From the sequence record ON529852.1: 64,000 nt of DNA, one strand, 5' to 3'. The translations under genes and the position numbers were made by a program. Positions 34,174-44,438 of this stretch are shown here, in pieces. The stretch's first letter is position 1. Every line of letters starts with the position of its first letter. The notes beneath the pieces were generated by a model. The model did not search any database, was not told the origin of the DNA, and was given only the letters and a program-made list of their open reading frames with translations.

Positions 34174-34686
34174 CTAGACCGTGATGGCGTCGCGGGCCTT
34201 GGTCAGTTCCTCGATCAGGGCATCAAGGCGGCGCACGGCCTCTTCGCCGCTATCGCAGCCTTCCTTGGCGTCCAGTTCCACCAAAACGGCGGTGAAGATG
34301 GTGTCGGACTCAAACATGGTTCCGGCCAGGGTTTCGTTCCCGGCGTAGTCCCCTTGGCCGTAGGTGTCGGCGAACTCGCGTTGCCACGGCGACAACGGCG
34401 TGTCGGGCAGGGTGACGCCCAGCGTGTGCGGCATCAGGTCGGTGGCGACTTTCAGGATTTGGAAAGAGCCCGCCATGCCGTCGTCATAGGCGCATTGCAG
34501 TTCCTTGGCGATCTGGCGGGCGAGGGCGTCGCCGGTCACCGCGCCTTGATCGTCGCCCAGCACGGCCTCGTCGTCGCCGAGGTCTCGGGTCAGCAACACG
34601 ATGGCCTGATATTGATGATCAGGGTGGGCGCGGCAATGTTCCACCACGTCGGCGCGGGGCAGGATGAAAGGGGTCAGGTCGGTCAT
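34174..34686 (-). CDS. hypothetical protein, 170 aa
   Basis: CtrA promoter plus RBS. Confidence 0.8.
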   Translation of the reverse strand: MTDLTPFILPRADVVEHCRAHPDHQYQAIVLLTRDLGDDEAVLGDDQGAVTGDALARQIAKELQCAYDDGMAGSFQILKVATDLMPHTLGVTLPDTPLSPWQREFADTYGQGDYAGNETLAGTMFESDTIFTAVLVELDAKEGCDSGEEAVRRLDALIEELTKARDAITV

Positions 34687-34799
34687 GGGCTCTCCCGTCG
34701 ATGTTGCATCGGTTCTAGCACCGATTCGTTAACAAGAGGTTAACACGCGCCCGGCTGACGGCGGGCGTTAACCTTAACGGAAGGTGAAGGGTCGGCGCG

Positions 34800-35129
34800 T
34801 CAGGGGAGGCGCGCCGGGTTCAGGGACAAGCTGACGCGGCGGGCCTTGGACGGCTTGCCGGTCAGGATTCGCTTGTCGGTCTTGGCCCCGCAGCAGGTGC
34901 AGACGGCGCGGCCTAGATCGAATCGGACCGAGGCCAGGGGGTCGGCGGTGCCGTTCACGGTCAGCTTGAGCGCCACGTCTGACAGCTTGGGGTGATGGCC
35001 CAGCCTGCCCCGGCGGCGCTCGGCGTGGGCGCTCATGCCCGCCGCGTTGCGGTTGCCCCGGCGGACCACAGTCCCGGCGACCTTGTAAAGGCCGCCGGAA
35101 AAGGTGTTGTCGATGACGTAGCGCCGCAT
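34800..35129 (-). CDS. hypothetical basic protein, 109 aa
   Basis: TGATG coupling; CTCCG motif. Confidence 0.7.
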   Translation of the reverse strand: MRRYVIDNTFSGGLYKVAGTVVRRGNRNAAGMSAHAERRRGRLGHHPKLSDVALKLTVNGTADPLASVRFDLGRAVCTCCGAKTDKRILTGKPSKARRVSLSLNPARLP

Positions 35130-35302
35130 CAGGCGCCCACGTCGAAACTGCCGACCTTGTTTCCGTTGACGTCGCGGACAGAACCCGCCTCGTCCCCGTT
35201 CTCGACCCTATCGGCGAGGGCGCGCAGGATGCGGGCGATTTCGTAGGCCTTGTCGCCGTCGTCAAAGGCGGCGTTGCCGGTTTCGATTTCCAGTTTGAAC
35301 AT
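35129..35302 (-). CDS. hypothetical phage protein, 57 aa (MFKLEIETGNAAFDD...RDVNGNKVG)
   Basis: CtrA promoter plus RBS; not in the ORF track. Confidence 0.8.
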   Translation of the reverse strand: MFKLEIETGNAAFDDGDKAYEIARILRALADRVENGDEAGSVRDVNGNKVGSFDVGA

Positions 35303-35457
35303 GGTCTGTCTCCGTTGCGATCCTTAGACCATAGACGACATAAGTTAACAAGAGGTTAAGGGCTTCACGGCCTGTTGCGAGGGGTTGGCGTTAACCTTAA
35401 CAGGCAGGACGAAAAGAGGGACGGCGCCGGTATGGCCGCCGTCCCGTTGCAGGCGGT

Positions 35458-35751
35458 TCAGGCCGCGAAGGGCCGATTACGGGCGCGACGCTCGCCGTAG
35501 TCGGTGACGGCCTCGCGCAGGTCCGAGAAGTAGTGACCCGACGAATAGCCAGGGCGCGGCTGGTTGCGATAGTCGACTCGCATATGGGTCACATAGCGAT
35601 TCGCGTCGTGATGGTCGGGGCCGAAGTCGCGCAGGACGATGGCGCCGGGTTCGGTGGCGGCGTCGCCGCGCAGTTTGAACTCCGCGAGGGTGGCGGGGAA
35701 CTTCGTCGCCGCTTCAGAGCGGGCCTTGATCTGGTTGAACAGGTCGGACAT
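35458..35751 (-). CDS. hypothetical protein, 97 aa
   Basis: CtrA promoter plus RBS; GHYFSD motif. Confidence 0.8.
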   Translation of the reverse strand: MSDLFNQIKARSEAATKFPATLAEFKLRGDAATEPGAIVLRDFGPDHHDANRYVTHMRVDYRNQPRPGYSSGHYFSDLREAVTDYGERRARNRPFAA

Positions 35752-35934
35752 CGGTTTCTCTCCTTCGATGCCCTAACATCGCACAAAAGTCTTAACGAAC
35801 CGTTAACACGGCAGGGGCCGGGCGGCGGGCGCGTGTTAAGGTTAACGGGACGACCCAAAAGAGGGGACGGCGGCCATCCCGGCGCCGTCCAGTTTGCCGC
35901 GATCAGCGTTCGCGGCGACGCGTTCGGTTGCCGC

Positions 35935-36228
35935 CTAGAGGGCCGTCAGGGCGTGCCACAGGGCGTTAGGGACCACGCCGCCCGCCGCGACCGGATCGAA
36001 GGCGGTTTCGCCGCCCTCGGGGCCGTAGTGGGGCATGACGTAGCCCGGCAGGGCGTCGATCATGCGGATGCGGTAGAGCGGCACGTCCGCGAAAGGCGGG
36101 TTCTCGACCAGACCCAGGACCTCGGCGCGGCCTTCGCCGCCGTTGAGGTAGCCCGGCGCATAGGTCACGATCTGACCCGGTGCAAAGGTGGTGTTTTCCG
36201 GGGTGCGGGCGGGGGCGATGCGGGTCAT
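35935..36228 (-). CDS. hypothetical protein (SH3-like), 97 aa
   Basis: RBS; FAPGQIVTY pattern. Confidence 0.75.
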   Translation of the reverse strand: MTRIAPARTPENTTFAPGQIVTYAPGYLNGGEGRAEVLGLVENPPFADVPLYRIRMIDALPGYVMPHYGPEGGETAFDPVAAGGVVPNALWHALTAL

Positions 36229-36229
36229 G

Positions 36230-36409
36230 TCAGGCTCCAGCGGACAGAAGGACGGCGGTCGAGAGGTGTTGCGTCGCCTGCTTGCGCAGGGCGGCGGTGA
36301 GGAGGCGGGCGGCTTCCTTGGCGTTCCCGGCCAGCGCCGCCGCTTCGGCGCGCTTGGCGAAAAAGGCCTTGGACTTGCGGGCGCGCCGGGCGCGTTGGTG
36401 GTCGGTCAT
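36230..36409 (-). CDS. hypothetical basic protein, 59 aa
   Basis: CtrA promoter plus RBS; not in the ORF track. Confidence 0.65.
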   Translation of the reverse strand: MTDHQRARRARKSKAFFAKRAEAAALAGNAKEAARLLTAALRKQATQHLSTAVLLSAGA

Positions 36410-36539
36410 CGGGCTTGCTCCCTTGTGATGCCCCTAGTCCTACAGGACAGAAGTTAACAAGGGGTTAACGCCACGAACTTTTCGGCCGCCGGGCGGCGCG
36501 GGCGGCGTTAACCTTAACGCCGGGCGGCGGCGGGGCGGC

Positions 36540-36755
36540 CTAGCGGCGGCCAGCCCCTTGGGTCTTTTGGGCCAGGCGCCGCTCGCGCCCGGCAGCCCAG
36601 CCCCGGCGGTAGGCGTCGCCGATCTGGCGACGATCCACGCCCGCCGCCCACGACATCCGGTTGTCGCGTCGCCCGTATTCCAACCCGGACTCGGCGTCGA
36701 TGACGCCGCCGTGATATTGCGCCATCAGGGCGCGTTCCGTGACCGGGAGCCCCAT
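36540..36755 (-). CDS. small protein, weakly Rmf-like, 71 aa
   Basis: AYRRGWAAG motif; TGATG coupling. Confidence 0.65.
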   Translation of the reverse strand: MGLPVTERALMAQYHGGVIDAESGLEYGRRDNRMSWAAGVDRRQIGDAYRRGWAAGRERRLAQKTQGAGRR

Positions 36756-36979
36756 CAGTGAACCCCGCCCAGCCGGGCGGCGCGCTGGCCGTCGTTTTCC
36801 ATGTAGAAGTGACCGTCGATGCGGTAGATGCGTTTCCCGGCGTCATAGGGGCGCAGGCCCCCGAACGCGACTTGGAAGGTGGCGGGGGCGTCGCCCACGT
36901 AGAGGGTCGCGCCGTCCGGCTTGACGCAGACGGCGACCCCCTCGCGGACCTGAACGGTTCCGATCAGACGGCGGGCCAT
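36755..36979 (-). CDS. hypothetical protein, 74 aa
   Basis: Coupled. Confidence 0.75.
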   Translation of the reverse strand: MARRLIGTVQVREGVAVCVKPDGATLYVGDAPATFQVAFGGLRPYDAGKRIYRIDGHFYMENDGQRAARLGGVH

Positions 36980-37278
36980 CAGGCGGCGGCCTTCTTGGCG
37001 GCGGGCTTATAGTCCTCGACGCGGCCTTCCAGCAGGGCGGCCCCGTCCAGCGGTCCCTCGAACGAGTCCACGTCGCCCATGGCCGCCATCGTCACGGCGC
37101 GGAAGGCCTTTTTGCGGACGACGGAATTCACCGCCCCGTCGTTGGCGCGGCTGACGGCGCGGTAGCAGGCTTCGGGGTGAGATTGAGCGCGGACGGTCTG
37201 CTTATAGACGCCCATGTCGTCGCCCATCCAGAACAGGACGACGAACTCTTGGCGTTCGGGGCGGATCGGGTGTTGCAT
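36979..37278 (-). CDS. hypothetical protein, 99 aa
   Basis: CtrA promoter plus RBS. Confidence 0.75.
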   Translation of the reverse strand: MQHPIRPERQEFVVLFWMGDDMGVYKQTVRAQSHPEACYRAVSRANDGAVNSVVRKKAFRAVTMAAMGDVDSFEGPLDGAALLEGRVEDYKPAAKKAAA

Positions 37279-37429
37279 CGCGGGTGGTCCCTTGCGGTGG
37301 TTTGTTCCCTTATACATAGGGGACAGAAGTTAACAAGAGGTTAAGACGCGAAAGTTTTTCAGGCGGGGCGGGCGGGCGTTAACCTTAACGGCGAGTTAAC
37401 GGGTCAGCGGCCCCGAAGGGCCGCCCCTG

Positions 37430-37849
37430 TCAGGCCGCGACCGGCTGGCGCAACAGGGTCCACAGGCGGTCCATCGCCTTGTTGACGACGTGGGGCGACC
37501 CGACGCCGAACGGCGTGACGTTGACCACGTCAGCGGACTTCCAGACATAGGCCCGGATCGTCGCGACGCGGGGTCCGTGCGGCGGCTGTTCGGTGGTGAC
37601 GAACAGGGTCACGCCCAAGCCGTGGAAGTCGTAGAAGCCGCCGGGGAACTTCGTGCCGAAGCCCTTCATGGCGCCTTTGTCGAACCAATGACCGCGACGA
37701 CGGCGGGCGTAGTCGCGTTCGATGTTGGCGAGGCAATTGCCCGATCCCTCGAAGGCCGGGCCTTCGTGCGGCGCGGGGGCGGCGGCGGCGAGGAGGCCCG
37801 GCAGGGCGGCGGCGGCGGCGAGGGCGATGCGTTCGGCTTGGGTGGTCAT
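37430..37849 (-). CDS. hypothetical protein, 139 aa
   Basis: CtrA promoter plus RBS. Confidence 0.8.
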   Translation of the reverse strand: MTTQAERIALAAAAALPGLLAAAAPAPHEGPAFEGSGNCLANIERDYARRRRGHWFDKGAMKGFGTKFPGGFYDFHGLGVTLFVTTEQPPHGPRVATIRAYVWKSADVVNVTPFGVGSPHVVNKAMDRLWTLLRQPVAA

Positions 37850-37996
37850 GGTCGTCTCCGGTTTGATAGGTCCAACCTACAGGGGAGAAGTTAACAAAGC
37901 GTTAACGGCCGTCAAGGCCTTTCGGGCCGCGCGTTAAGGTTAACGGCGGGCGGGCGACAGGGATGCGCCCCGGCGCCAAGCCGGGGCGACCCTGGG

Positions 37997-38317
37997 TCAG
38001 CCGATCAGGCGCGTCTTGAGCGTCGCCCGGCCTTCCGGCGTCAGCTTGGCGCGTTGGGCGCGGAGGAAGTCAAGCCCCTTTTGATAGGAGTCGATCCTGC
38101 CGCCGTATTGGCGCTCCAACCACTTCAACGGCTCCGGGTAATGCGAGGCGTAGAAGGCCACGCGACCCGGCCTGATGCGGGGGAACAGCTTGGCGCGGGC
38201 CTCTTTGATCGAGGTCGCGCCGGGGACGGGCAGTTCCGCGACCACGCGCCCCTTGCGGAGGATATGGGCCGTGTTCAGTTCCGGCGCGTAGGCGTGGCGT
38301 TCGAGGATCAGTTTCAT
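37997..38317 (-). CDS. hypothetical protein, 106 aa
   Basis: CtrA promoter plus RBS. Confidence 0.8.
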   Translation of the reverse strand: MKLILERHAYAPELNTAHILRKGRVVAELPVPGATSIKEARAKLFPRIRPGRVAFYASHYPEPLKWLERQYGGRIDSYQKGLDFLRAQRAKLTPEGRATLKTRLIG

Positions 38318-38370
38318 CGGTCGTCTCCGTTTCGATCCTTAGACCATAGGCGACAGAAGTTAACAAGAGG

Positions 38371-39012
38371 TTAAGACGTGAAGTTTTCCAGATAGCGGCG
38401 GCGCATCCCCGCGACCGTCGTCGGCGTGACCCGGACAATGTCGGCGTTTTTGCGCATCATGTCCGCCCGCATGAACGACGTCGTCGCCAATTGCAGGGTG
38501 TGGTTCACGCAGGAATGATAGCCGTCTTTCAGGCGCTCAATCGGCCACGTCGCCGGTTGCAGCTTGGCGCGTTCCAAGGTCTCCAGCGGGATCGGCACGG
38601 CGAGGTCGTCGCGGTGCTGATCGGACTCCGTCCGTTCATAGGTCGCGCCGCGCGGATAGACGCCCAAGATCAAATCCCCGTTGTTCAGCCGGAACCACGT
38701 CAGGCCGGAACGCCCGTCGTCGTCAACCGCTTGCGCCAGCACGTAGCGGGCCACGGCGGCGTCCGCCGGGACGGCCCACGCCACAACCGAATCGAGCATA
38801 TTGCCGTCTTCGTCATGGGCGAAGATCGCGGACGGGGGGCCAGGTTCCTCCACGACGCCGGACGGGTCTAGGCCATAGCGCCCTTCGAGCCAGACGGCGC
38901 GGGCCATGGTCAGGCCGTCGCGATAGGCGTCGCGTTCGGCCTCCGTCTCAAAGGGGCCGTGCAGGACGTTCGCCGGGCAACGCATGTAAAAGCCAACCGC
39001 TGAATCGGTCAT
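38371..39012 (-). CDS. hypothetical protein, 213 aa
   Basis: CtrA promoter plus RBS; stop in the next CtrA box. Confidence 0.8.
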   Translation of the reverse strand: MTDSAVGFYMRCPANVLHGPFETEAERDAYRDGLTMARAVWLEGRYGLDPSGVVEEPGPPSAIFAHDEDGNMLDSVVAWAVPADAAVARYVLAQAVDDDGRSGLTWFRLNNGDLILGVYPRGATYERTESDQHRDDLAVPIPLETLERAKLQPATWPIERLKDGYHSCVNHTLQLATTSFMRADMMRKNADIVRVTPTTVAGMRRRYLENFTS

Positions 39013-39119
39013 CGGGGTCTCCCTTGATTGAGCCCCCTGTCTAGCACTGATTCGTTAACAAGAGGTTAACGTCGCGTGGCGGGCGGGCGTTAACCTTAAC
39101 GGGCGGTAAGGGTAGAACG

Positions 39120-39350
39120 TCACCGGACAGGCCGGTAACGCTCCACGGGATAAGAGCCCGCTTTGGTGTAGATGGCGTAGGCGCCGTCGGCGTCGGGACC
39201 CAGGCAGGCAAAAGCGCCGCGCGAGGCATTGCGATTGCGCCGGTAGAACAGGGCGAGGAATCCTGCGGGCGTTTTGGCTGCGGTCTCTTCAAGGTCCGGC
39301 AAGTCGCGGGAGCGACCATCCTCATAGTCGGTGACACTGTAGCGTTTCAA
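39120..39350 (-). CDS. hypothetical protein, 76 aa (TTG start)
   Basis: CtrA promoter plus GGAGG RBS. Confidence 0.7.
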   Translation of the reverse strand: MKRYSVTDYEDGRSRDLPDLEETAAKTPAGFLALFYRRNRNASRGAFACLGPDADGAYAIYTKAGSYPVERYRPVR

Positions 39351-39458
39351 GGGGCTTCCTCCATTGCTGCCCCATTCTTGTAGCGCTGATTCGTTAACAA
39401 GAGGTTAACGCGTTTCGGCGGTGGGCGTTAACCTTAATGGGCGTTAGGAAAGCCAGGA

Positions 39459-39869
39459 TCACAGACCCCGGCAGGTGGGGCCGAACCCGGACTCGATCGA
39501 CACGGGGTCGGTCAGGGGCAGGGCGCAGCGCCCGCAACGCCCCTCATGATAGACCTTGAGCGCGGGCGGGATGCGCCCGGCGGCGAGGTGGGGCCACGCC
39601 CACGCGAAGGCCTTCGCCGAGGGGGCGTCGGCGCCGACGTGGGCGCGGCGGCCATGCCGGAACGAATCGTCGGCGAAGATCGTGCCGAGGAAGGTGTAGT
39701 CGGATTCGTTGTCCGAGCCCGTCAGGACCGACACGAACCAGACGCTGTCCTTGGCGCCCACGCGATAGGTGTAGCGGGCGCCGGTCGCCGCGCTGACCAG
39801 CGTGACGCGGGCGCGCCCGGCGAGCATGAAACGGCGGACGTTTTCGGCGGACATCTCGGCGGCGGACAT
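39459..39869 (-). CDS. DUF6011-like Zn-binding protein
   Basis: HEGRCGRCALPLTDPVSIESGFGPTC C-terminal motif. Confidence 0.75.
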   Translation of the reverse strand: MSAAEMSAENVRRFMLAGRARVTLVSAATGARYTYRVGAKDSVWFVSVLTGSDNESDYTFLGTIFADDSFRHGRRAHVGADAPSAKAFAWAWPHLAAGRIPPALKVYHEGRCGRCALPLTDPVSIESGFGPTCRGL

Positions 39870-40007
39870 GGGGCGGCTCCGGTGATTGACCAGACCACCC
39901 TAGAGCCGATTCATTAACAAAACGTTAAAGACTTGGTGGCGCGCGCCGCCGTTAACCTTAACGGCGGGCGGGCGCGGGAAGCCGCCCGGCGAACCGGGCG
40001 GCGAGGG

Positions 40008-40517
40008 TCACGGCGCCAGAGGATCGGGAGCCGGGACGATCTCGACATTGCGCCTGCCCTGCTTGACGCGACCGACCTTGATTCGCTTCTCGATGGCGGC
40101 GCGCGCCCATTCGGTGCGCGTGGTCTCGGCGGCGTGGCGGCCCGTCTCATCAACGGCGCTATAGATGGAATAGAGCAGGCCGAACAACGCGACCTCCGGC
40201 ATGGCCTTGATCGCCTCCAGCATTTCGCCGTTGTCATAGGCCCCGGACACTTCCACCACGCGGGTGCCGGCGCCGTGCTGCATCAGGATATAGAAGGTCG
40301 ATTTGCGGTCGCGGCGGCGCTCGCTTTCGCCGGTGCGGCGGACGGCCAGCTTGACGTCATAGGCGCGGTAACAGACGCCGGTCCCCGGCTTGCCGTTGTC
40401 GCTTCCCAGGATGCGCATTTCGCGTTCCGGCAGCGGATGGCGCAGAACCTCGAAGGGCTCGAAAGAGGTGTCGTCGGCGTAGCCCGATCCACGGGCGATG
40501 ATGGCGCTTTTCAGCAT
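40008..40517 (-). CDS. hypothetical protein, 169 aa
   Basis: CtrA promoter plus RBS. Confidence 0.8.
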   Translation of the reverse strand: MLKSAIIARGSGYADDTSFEPFEVLRHPLPEREMRILGSDNGKPGTGVCYRAYDVKLAVRRTGESERRRDRKSTFYILMQHGAGTRVVEVSGAYDNGEMLEAIKAMPEVALFGLLYSIYSAVDETGRHAAETTRTEWARAAIEKRIKVGRVKQGRRNVEIVPAPDPLAP

Positions 40518-40571
40518 GAGGGGTCTCCGGTTGCGGGCCTGCATCTCTACAGGCCCGACGTTAACAGGGCG

Positions 40572-41015
40572 TTAAAAACTGTCCACGGCGATGGCGCGGG
40601 CGCGCAACGCTTCAATGGCCGTGCGGTAGGGCTGCGATTCGCCTTTGCCCTCGAAGGCGTCGAACCAATGGAACATCTCGACAGGCGCGTCGTCCGGGGT
40701 CGCGCCCGGATAGGTCCGGCGGTAGATTTGCAGGTCGTCCAAATCATCATCGGCGGGATTCAGCACCAGTTCCGGCGCGGGGCGCAGGGCCGGGACTTCA
40801 CCGGTCGAGTAGGCCTCGACGCAGACACCGACGAAGGTGGCGATTTCGGTGGCCTGCACCATGAATTGTCGGGCGCGGTGGCCCGGCAGGGCTTGAGCCA
40901 CGGCGAAGGCGAAGGCGTCGCCGCGTAGGCTCCAGACCAGTTCGCTGAAGGCCTCGACGCCGTCGTCCATGTCGGCGTAACCGACGACGGTGTAAAAAGC
41001 GGGGGATTCGGCCAT
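40572..41015 (-). CDS. hypothetical protein, 147 aa
   Basis: CtrA promoter plus RBS; stop in the next CtrA box. Confidence 0.8.
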   Translation of the reverse strand: MAESPAFYTVVGYADMDDGVEAFSELVWSLRGDAFAFAVAQALPGHRARQFMVQATEIATFVGVCVEAYSTGEVPALRPAPELVLNPADDDLDDLQIYRRTYPGATPDDAPVEMFHWFDAFEGKGESQPYRTAIEALRARAIAVDSF

Positions 41016-41205
41016 GGGGCTCTCCTGTTTCGTTGGGGATACCCTAGACCGAAGAAGTTAACAATAGGTTAAGACGCGCGAGTTTTTCAGGCGGGCGCGG
41101 CGGGCGTTAACCTTAACACAGCGTTAACCTTAACGGCGGGCGGGCAGGGGCGGCCCCGGCCTAGAGCCGGGGCGCCGGGGCGGCGTCATTCCGCCCCGTT
41201 CCCTG

Positions 41206-41403
41206 TCAGTCTTCGTCCGGCTGATAATCCGGGTCGGGATCGAAGCGACCGCAGAACGTCCGGCCCTCCGATTCCATGCCGGGCTCGAAAGCCCGGATGA
41301 CATACATGGCCCGGCCCACGGTGTTGAGGTTGAGCACCGCCACCGGGGCGCCCTCCCGGTTTGCGGTGCGTTGCGCGTCGCGCTTGACCTGATCGAGGCC
41401 CAT
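41206..41403 (-). CDS. hypothetical protein, 65 aa
   Basis: Second gene of a cassette. Confidence 0.7.
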   Translation of the reverse strand: MGLDQVKRDAQRTANREGAPVAVLNLNTVGRAMYVIRAFEPGMESEGRTFCGRFDPDPDYQPDED

Positions 41404-41406
41404 GGG

Positions 41407-41775
41407 TCAGCCCTCGTAACGGTCGTGAACCGAAACCGGGCCGCCGAAGCGGGGGCCGCCGAGACGTTCCACGGCTTCGTTGAAGCGGCTGTCCGTCGTT
41501 CCGGCGAAGTTGCCGCCCGCCATCAGCCAGCGCGTGTCCATCTCGCCGGTTTCCGTCGCCGGGACGATCTTGACCGCGCCGGGGACGTTGCCCTTGACCA
41601 GATAGGCGGCGGGGCGCGACGGGTTGGGGTCGAACGGGCCATCGACGTTGACCAAGGTCAGTTGCGCGACCTTGGACGTCACGCCGCCGTTGGTGCAGTC
41701 CACCGAGTCCAGCTTGATGATGTCGCCGGGGTGGTCGGCGGCGGCGCGGCGGTAGATGGAAACGATCAGGCCCAT
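41407..41775 (-). CDS. hypothetical phage protein, 122 aa
   Basis: CtrA promoter plus RBS; DCTNGGV...MAGGNFAGTTDSRF...VHDRYE. Confidence 0.8.
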   Translation of the reverse strand: MGLIVSIYRRAAADHPGDIIKLDSVDCTNGGVTSKVAQLTLVNVDGPFDPNPSRPAAYLVKGNVPGAVKIVPATETGEMDTRWLMAGGNFAGTTDSRFNEAVERLGGPRFGGPVSVHDRYEG

Positions 41776-41849
41776 GGGGCTCTCCTTTGTTTTGACCTTC
41801 ACACCATAGCGCGAAGGTCTTAACAAGAGGTTAACGCCGGAAAGATTTT

Positions 41850-42020
41850 TCAGGCGATGGCGAAGGTGACGGCTCCGGTCGAGACGCCACCCAGCAGGGC
41901 GCGGCGGAACGGGTCGAGCGCGGGCGCCGGGGCGGCCTTGGCCTTGCGGGCGCGCGGCTTGGGCGCGGCCTTCGCGGCGGCGGGCTTGCGGGCGCGGGTC
42001 GTCTTCGGGGCGTCGGTCAT
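41850..42020 (-). CDS. Lys/Ala-rich histone-like peptide with hydrophobic tail, 56 aa
   Basis: Degenerate CtrA promoter; KPAAAKAAPKPRARKAK. Confidence 0.65.
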   Translation of the reverse strand: MTDAPKTTRARKPAAAKAAPKPRARKAKAAPAPALDPFRRALLGGVSTGAVTFAIA

Positions 42021-42179
42021 GGCAGGGCCTTTCAGCAGGGGTTGAAGTCCAGAGCCCCCAGCCTCGCACTGATTCCTTACCAAAGGATTAACGGACCAGG
42101 TCACGCCGGGCGGGCGTTAACCTTAACGGATCGGGCGGGACCGTTAACCACGGCGGAGGGGTCCGCCGTGGTCGTGGGG

Positions 42180-42518
42180 TCAGTTCACCCCGGCGATGAT
42201 CGAGCAATCGCCGTAAAACTTGCCTTGGAACGGCAGGCAGTCGCCTTGCGGGGTGATGTGGTGCTCAATCCAGAACCGGTCGTCGCCCTCGACCTTGGAG
42301 CCGTGCGCGTTGCTGTAGCCCTTGGCTTCCCACTCGGCGATGACTTCGGGGAAGGCGGCGCGGAAGGCCTCGCGCTCCATGGCGAACTTGAGTTCGCTCA
42401 TGTAGGTGATCTGGATATAGCGGAAGGGGCCGATGGTCGGGCCTTCGAATCCCCAGTCTTCCATGTTTTGATCGGCGTCATCGCGGCCATGGAACAGGCG
42501 CAGGTGAACGTCGGACAT
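42180..42518 (-). CDS. hypothetical protein, 112 aa
   Basis: CtrA promoter plus RBS. Confidence 0.8.
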   Translation of the reverse strand: MSDVHLRLFHGRDDADQNMEDWGFEGPTIGPFRYIQITYMSELKFAMEREAFRAAFPEVIAEWEAKGYSNAHGSKVEGDDRFWIEHHITPQGDCLPFQGKFYGDCSIIAGVN

Positions 42519-42695
42519 TGGTCGTCTCCTCTTTCGATACAGACCACTATAGAGGCGATTCGTTAACAAGGGGTTAACGCCGGGACGATTTTTCGGGGGC
42601 GCGGGCGGGCGTTAACCTTAACAGCGCGTTAACCTTAACGACCGGTTTACGCCCCCGTTAACCATGGCGGGGGCGCCGCCATGGTCGGGGTCCGA

Positions 42696-42947
42696 TCAGG
42701 CCGCCGGGGGCGGCGGGATCGGGTGACGCGCGGCGAGGCTCTTGGCGGTCCACGCGTCGGGGGTCGAGAGGTCGTAGGCCTCGGCGAACAGGCGGGCGCA
42801 GTCCTGCACCGTCTCGCCCGTCAGGTGGTCTTCATACCAGCTACGCAGTTGGTCTTCATCGGCCCCGGCGTCGCGGTAGTCGATGCCGTAGCCCGCCAGC
42901 AGGGCGGCGTTGGCGGCGGCGAGCCAGAGTTCAAACGTGGGATACAT
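42696..42947 (-). CDS. hypothetical protein, 83 aa
   Basis: CtrA promoter plus RBS. Confidence 0.8.
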   Translation of the reverse strand: MYPTFELWLAAANAALLAGYGIDYRDAGADEDQLRSWYEDHLTGETVQDCARLFAEAYDLSTPDAWTAKSLAARHPIPPPPAA

Positions 42948-43135
42948 CGGGCGTCTCTCCTTGTTCCGATGCTTAGACCATATCCGGCAGAAGTTAACAA
43001 GAGGTTAAGACCGGAAAGATTTTTCAGGGGTCGTCCGGGGCGGCGTTAACCTTAACAGGCCTTAAGGTTTTGTTAAGGTTAACGGGCGGGGCCTGGAAAT
43101 GGTTAACGGCCGTTAACCACTCCCCTTAACCGTCC

Positions 43136-43420
43136 CTAGTTGGGACGGTCGTCGACGAACTCGATTTTCTGTTCCGTCGTGGCGATCAGGGCCGTGACGT
43201 CGGCGATGGCGTCGTCCAGCTTGGCGGCGCCCTTGTAGGTCTTGCCGGTCCAGCCGCCGACCATCGCCAGCAGGTTCTTGGCGGTGTAGGCCCGGTTGAC
43301 CTTCATGCCGATCTTGAGGGCGCGCAGGCCTTGGCGAACAACGATCATCTGGTAGCGGGTGATGGCCGCGCCGGTGTGGGTGACGGCGCCGTGTTCGGAG
43401 ATGTGGACTAGATCGGTCAT
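43136..43420 (-). CDS. hypothetical protein, 94 aa
   Basis: CtrA promoter plus RBS. Confidence 0.8.
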   Translation of the reverse strand: MTDLVHISEHGAVTHTGAAITRYQMIVVRQGLRALKIGMKVNRAYTAKNLLAMVGGWTGKTYKGAAKLDDAIADVTALIATTEQKIEFVDDRPN

Positions 43421-43616
43421 GTCTGTGTTCCCTTGTTGGTGAGATCACTATAGCGACCCAGTTCTTAACAACAAGTTAAAATCGAAATAAATCGTGCTTA
43501 ACGGGAATGGTTAATTTTTCGGGGCTGGGCGTTAACCTTAACAAGAGGTTAACGGCTGTTAAGGTTAACGCCGGAGGGTCAGGCGAGACCGCCCCGGCGA
43601 ACCGGGGCGGCGGGGA

Positions 43617-44240
43617 TCAGCCCAGTTGAATCGTGCCGTCGTCGGCGGTGTAGAGATAGACTTCTTCGGGGTATTTTTGCGCGGCTTCCGTCAGGGCCTC
43701 GCCCTCCGCTTCGGGCCAGTCGCCGTCTTCCCAGAACCCGACGCCGTTACGGGTCCGGGTCATGTAGAAGTCATATCCGGCCTGCTCTTGCACCGAACAA
43801 TTGACCGCGCGGACCTCGCCCGACGCATAGGCCGCTTCCAAGGTGGCGGCGTTCTCGCGTTGGAAGCGTTCGCAGTCCGCGACCATTTCGCGCAAGCCGT
43901 CCGGGTGAATCTCTTCCGGGCAAATGGTGTTGTCACGGTCCGAATCGGCGGCGGGGTGTCCGGTCGGATACTCGGCGCCGTTCGAGGCGGCGGCGCCGAT
44001 GTAGCCCCGCGTGAACGGATCGCACGGCGTCAGGACGGCCCAGGCATCGGCTTCATAGGCGGCGCGCGCCTTGGCGTTGGCCTCTTCGAGGGCGTCCACA
44101 ACCGCGCGGGCTTCCGCGACCAGAGCGGCGGGTTCGGTGTGCGGAAATTGCATCACCGTCAGGGCGGCGATCTGTTGCGCCGTCAGGGGGCTGTAGTCGG
44201 GGACCGTGGTTTCGGCGGTCAGCTTGGCGAGGGTCGTCAT
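43617..44240 (-). CDS. hypothetical phage protein, 207 aa
   Basis: CtrA promoter plus RBS; QAGYDFYMTR..NGVGFWED motif. Confidence 0.8.
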   Translation of the reverse strand: MTTLAKLTAETTVPDYSPLTAQQIAALTVMQFPHTEPAALVAEARAVVDALEEANAKARAAYEADAWAVLTPCDPFTRGYIGAAASNGAEYPTGHPAADSDRDNTICPEEIHPDGLREMVADCERFQRENAATLEAAYASGEVRAVNCSVQEQAGYDFYMTRTRNGVGFWEDGDWPEAEGEALTEAAQKYPEEVYLYTADDGTIQLG

Positions 44241-44406
44241 GGGGTTGCTCCCGTTGATGTGCGGGCATATTGCACGCCAAGGTCTTAACAACAAGTTAAC
44301 GCCGCGTAGATTTTTCAGGGCGGGCGGTCGTTAAGGTTAATGCGAAAGACTCGCACAGGGCGGCGTTAACCTTAACGGAATCGTCCGAAAAATTAACCAT
44401 GCCCGT

Positions 44407-44438
44407 TGACGCTTTCTTAACGACTCGGCGCTAGGCTC
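44407..44438 (+). promoter_or_regulatory. + strand CtrA-type promoter reading into repeat locus 2
   Basis: TTGA-N7-TTAAC-N8-GCTAGGCT, the same geometry as the cassette promoters. Confidence 0.55.
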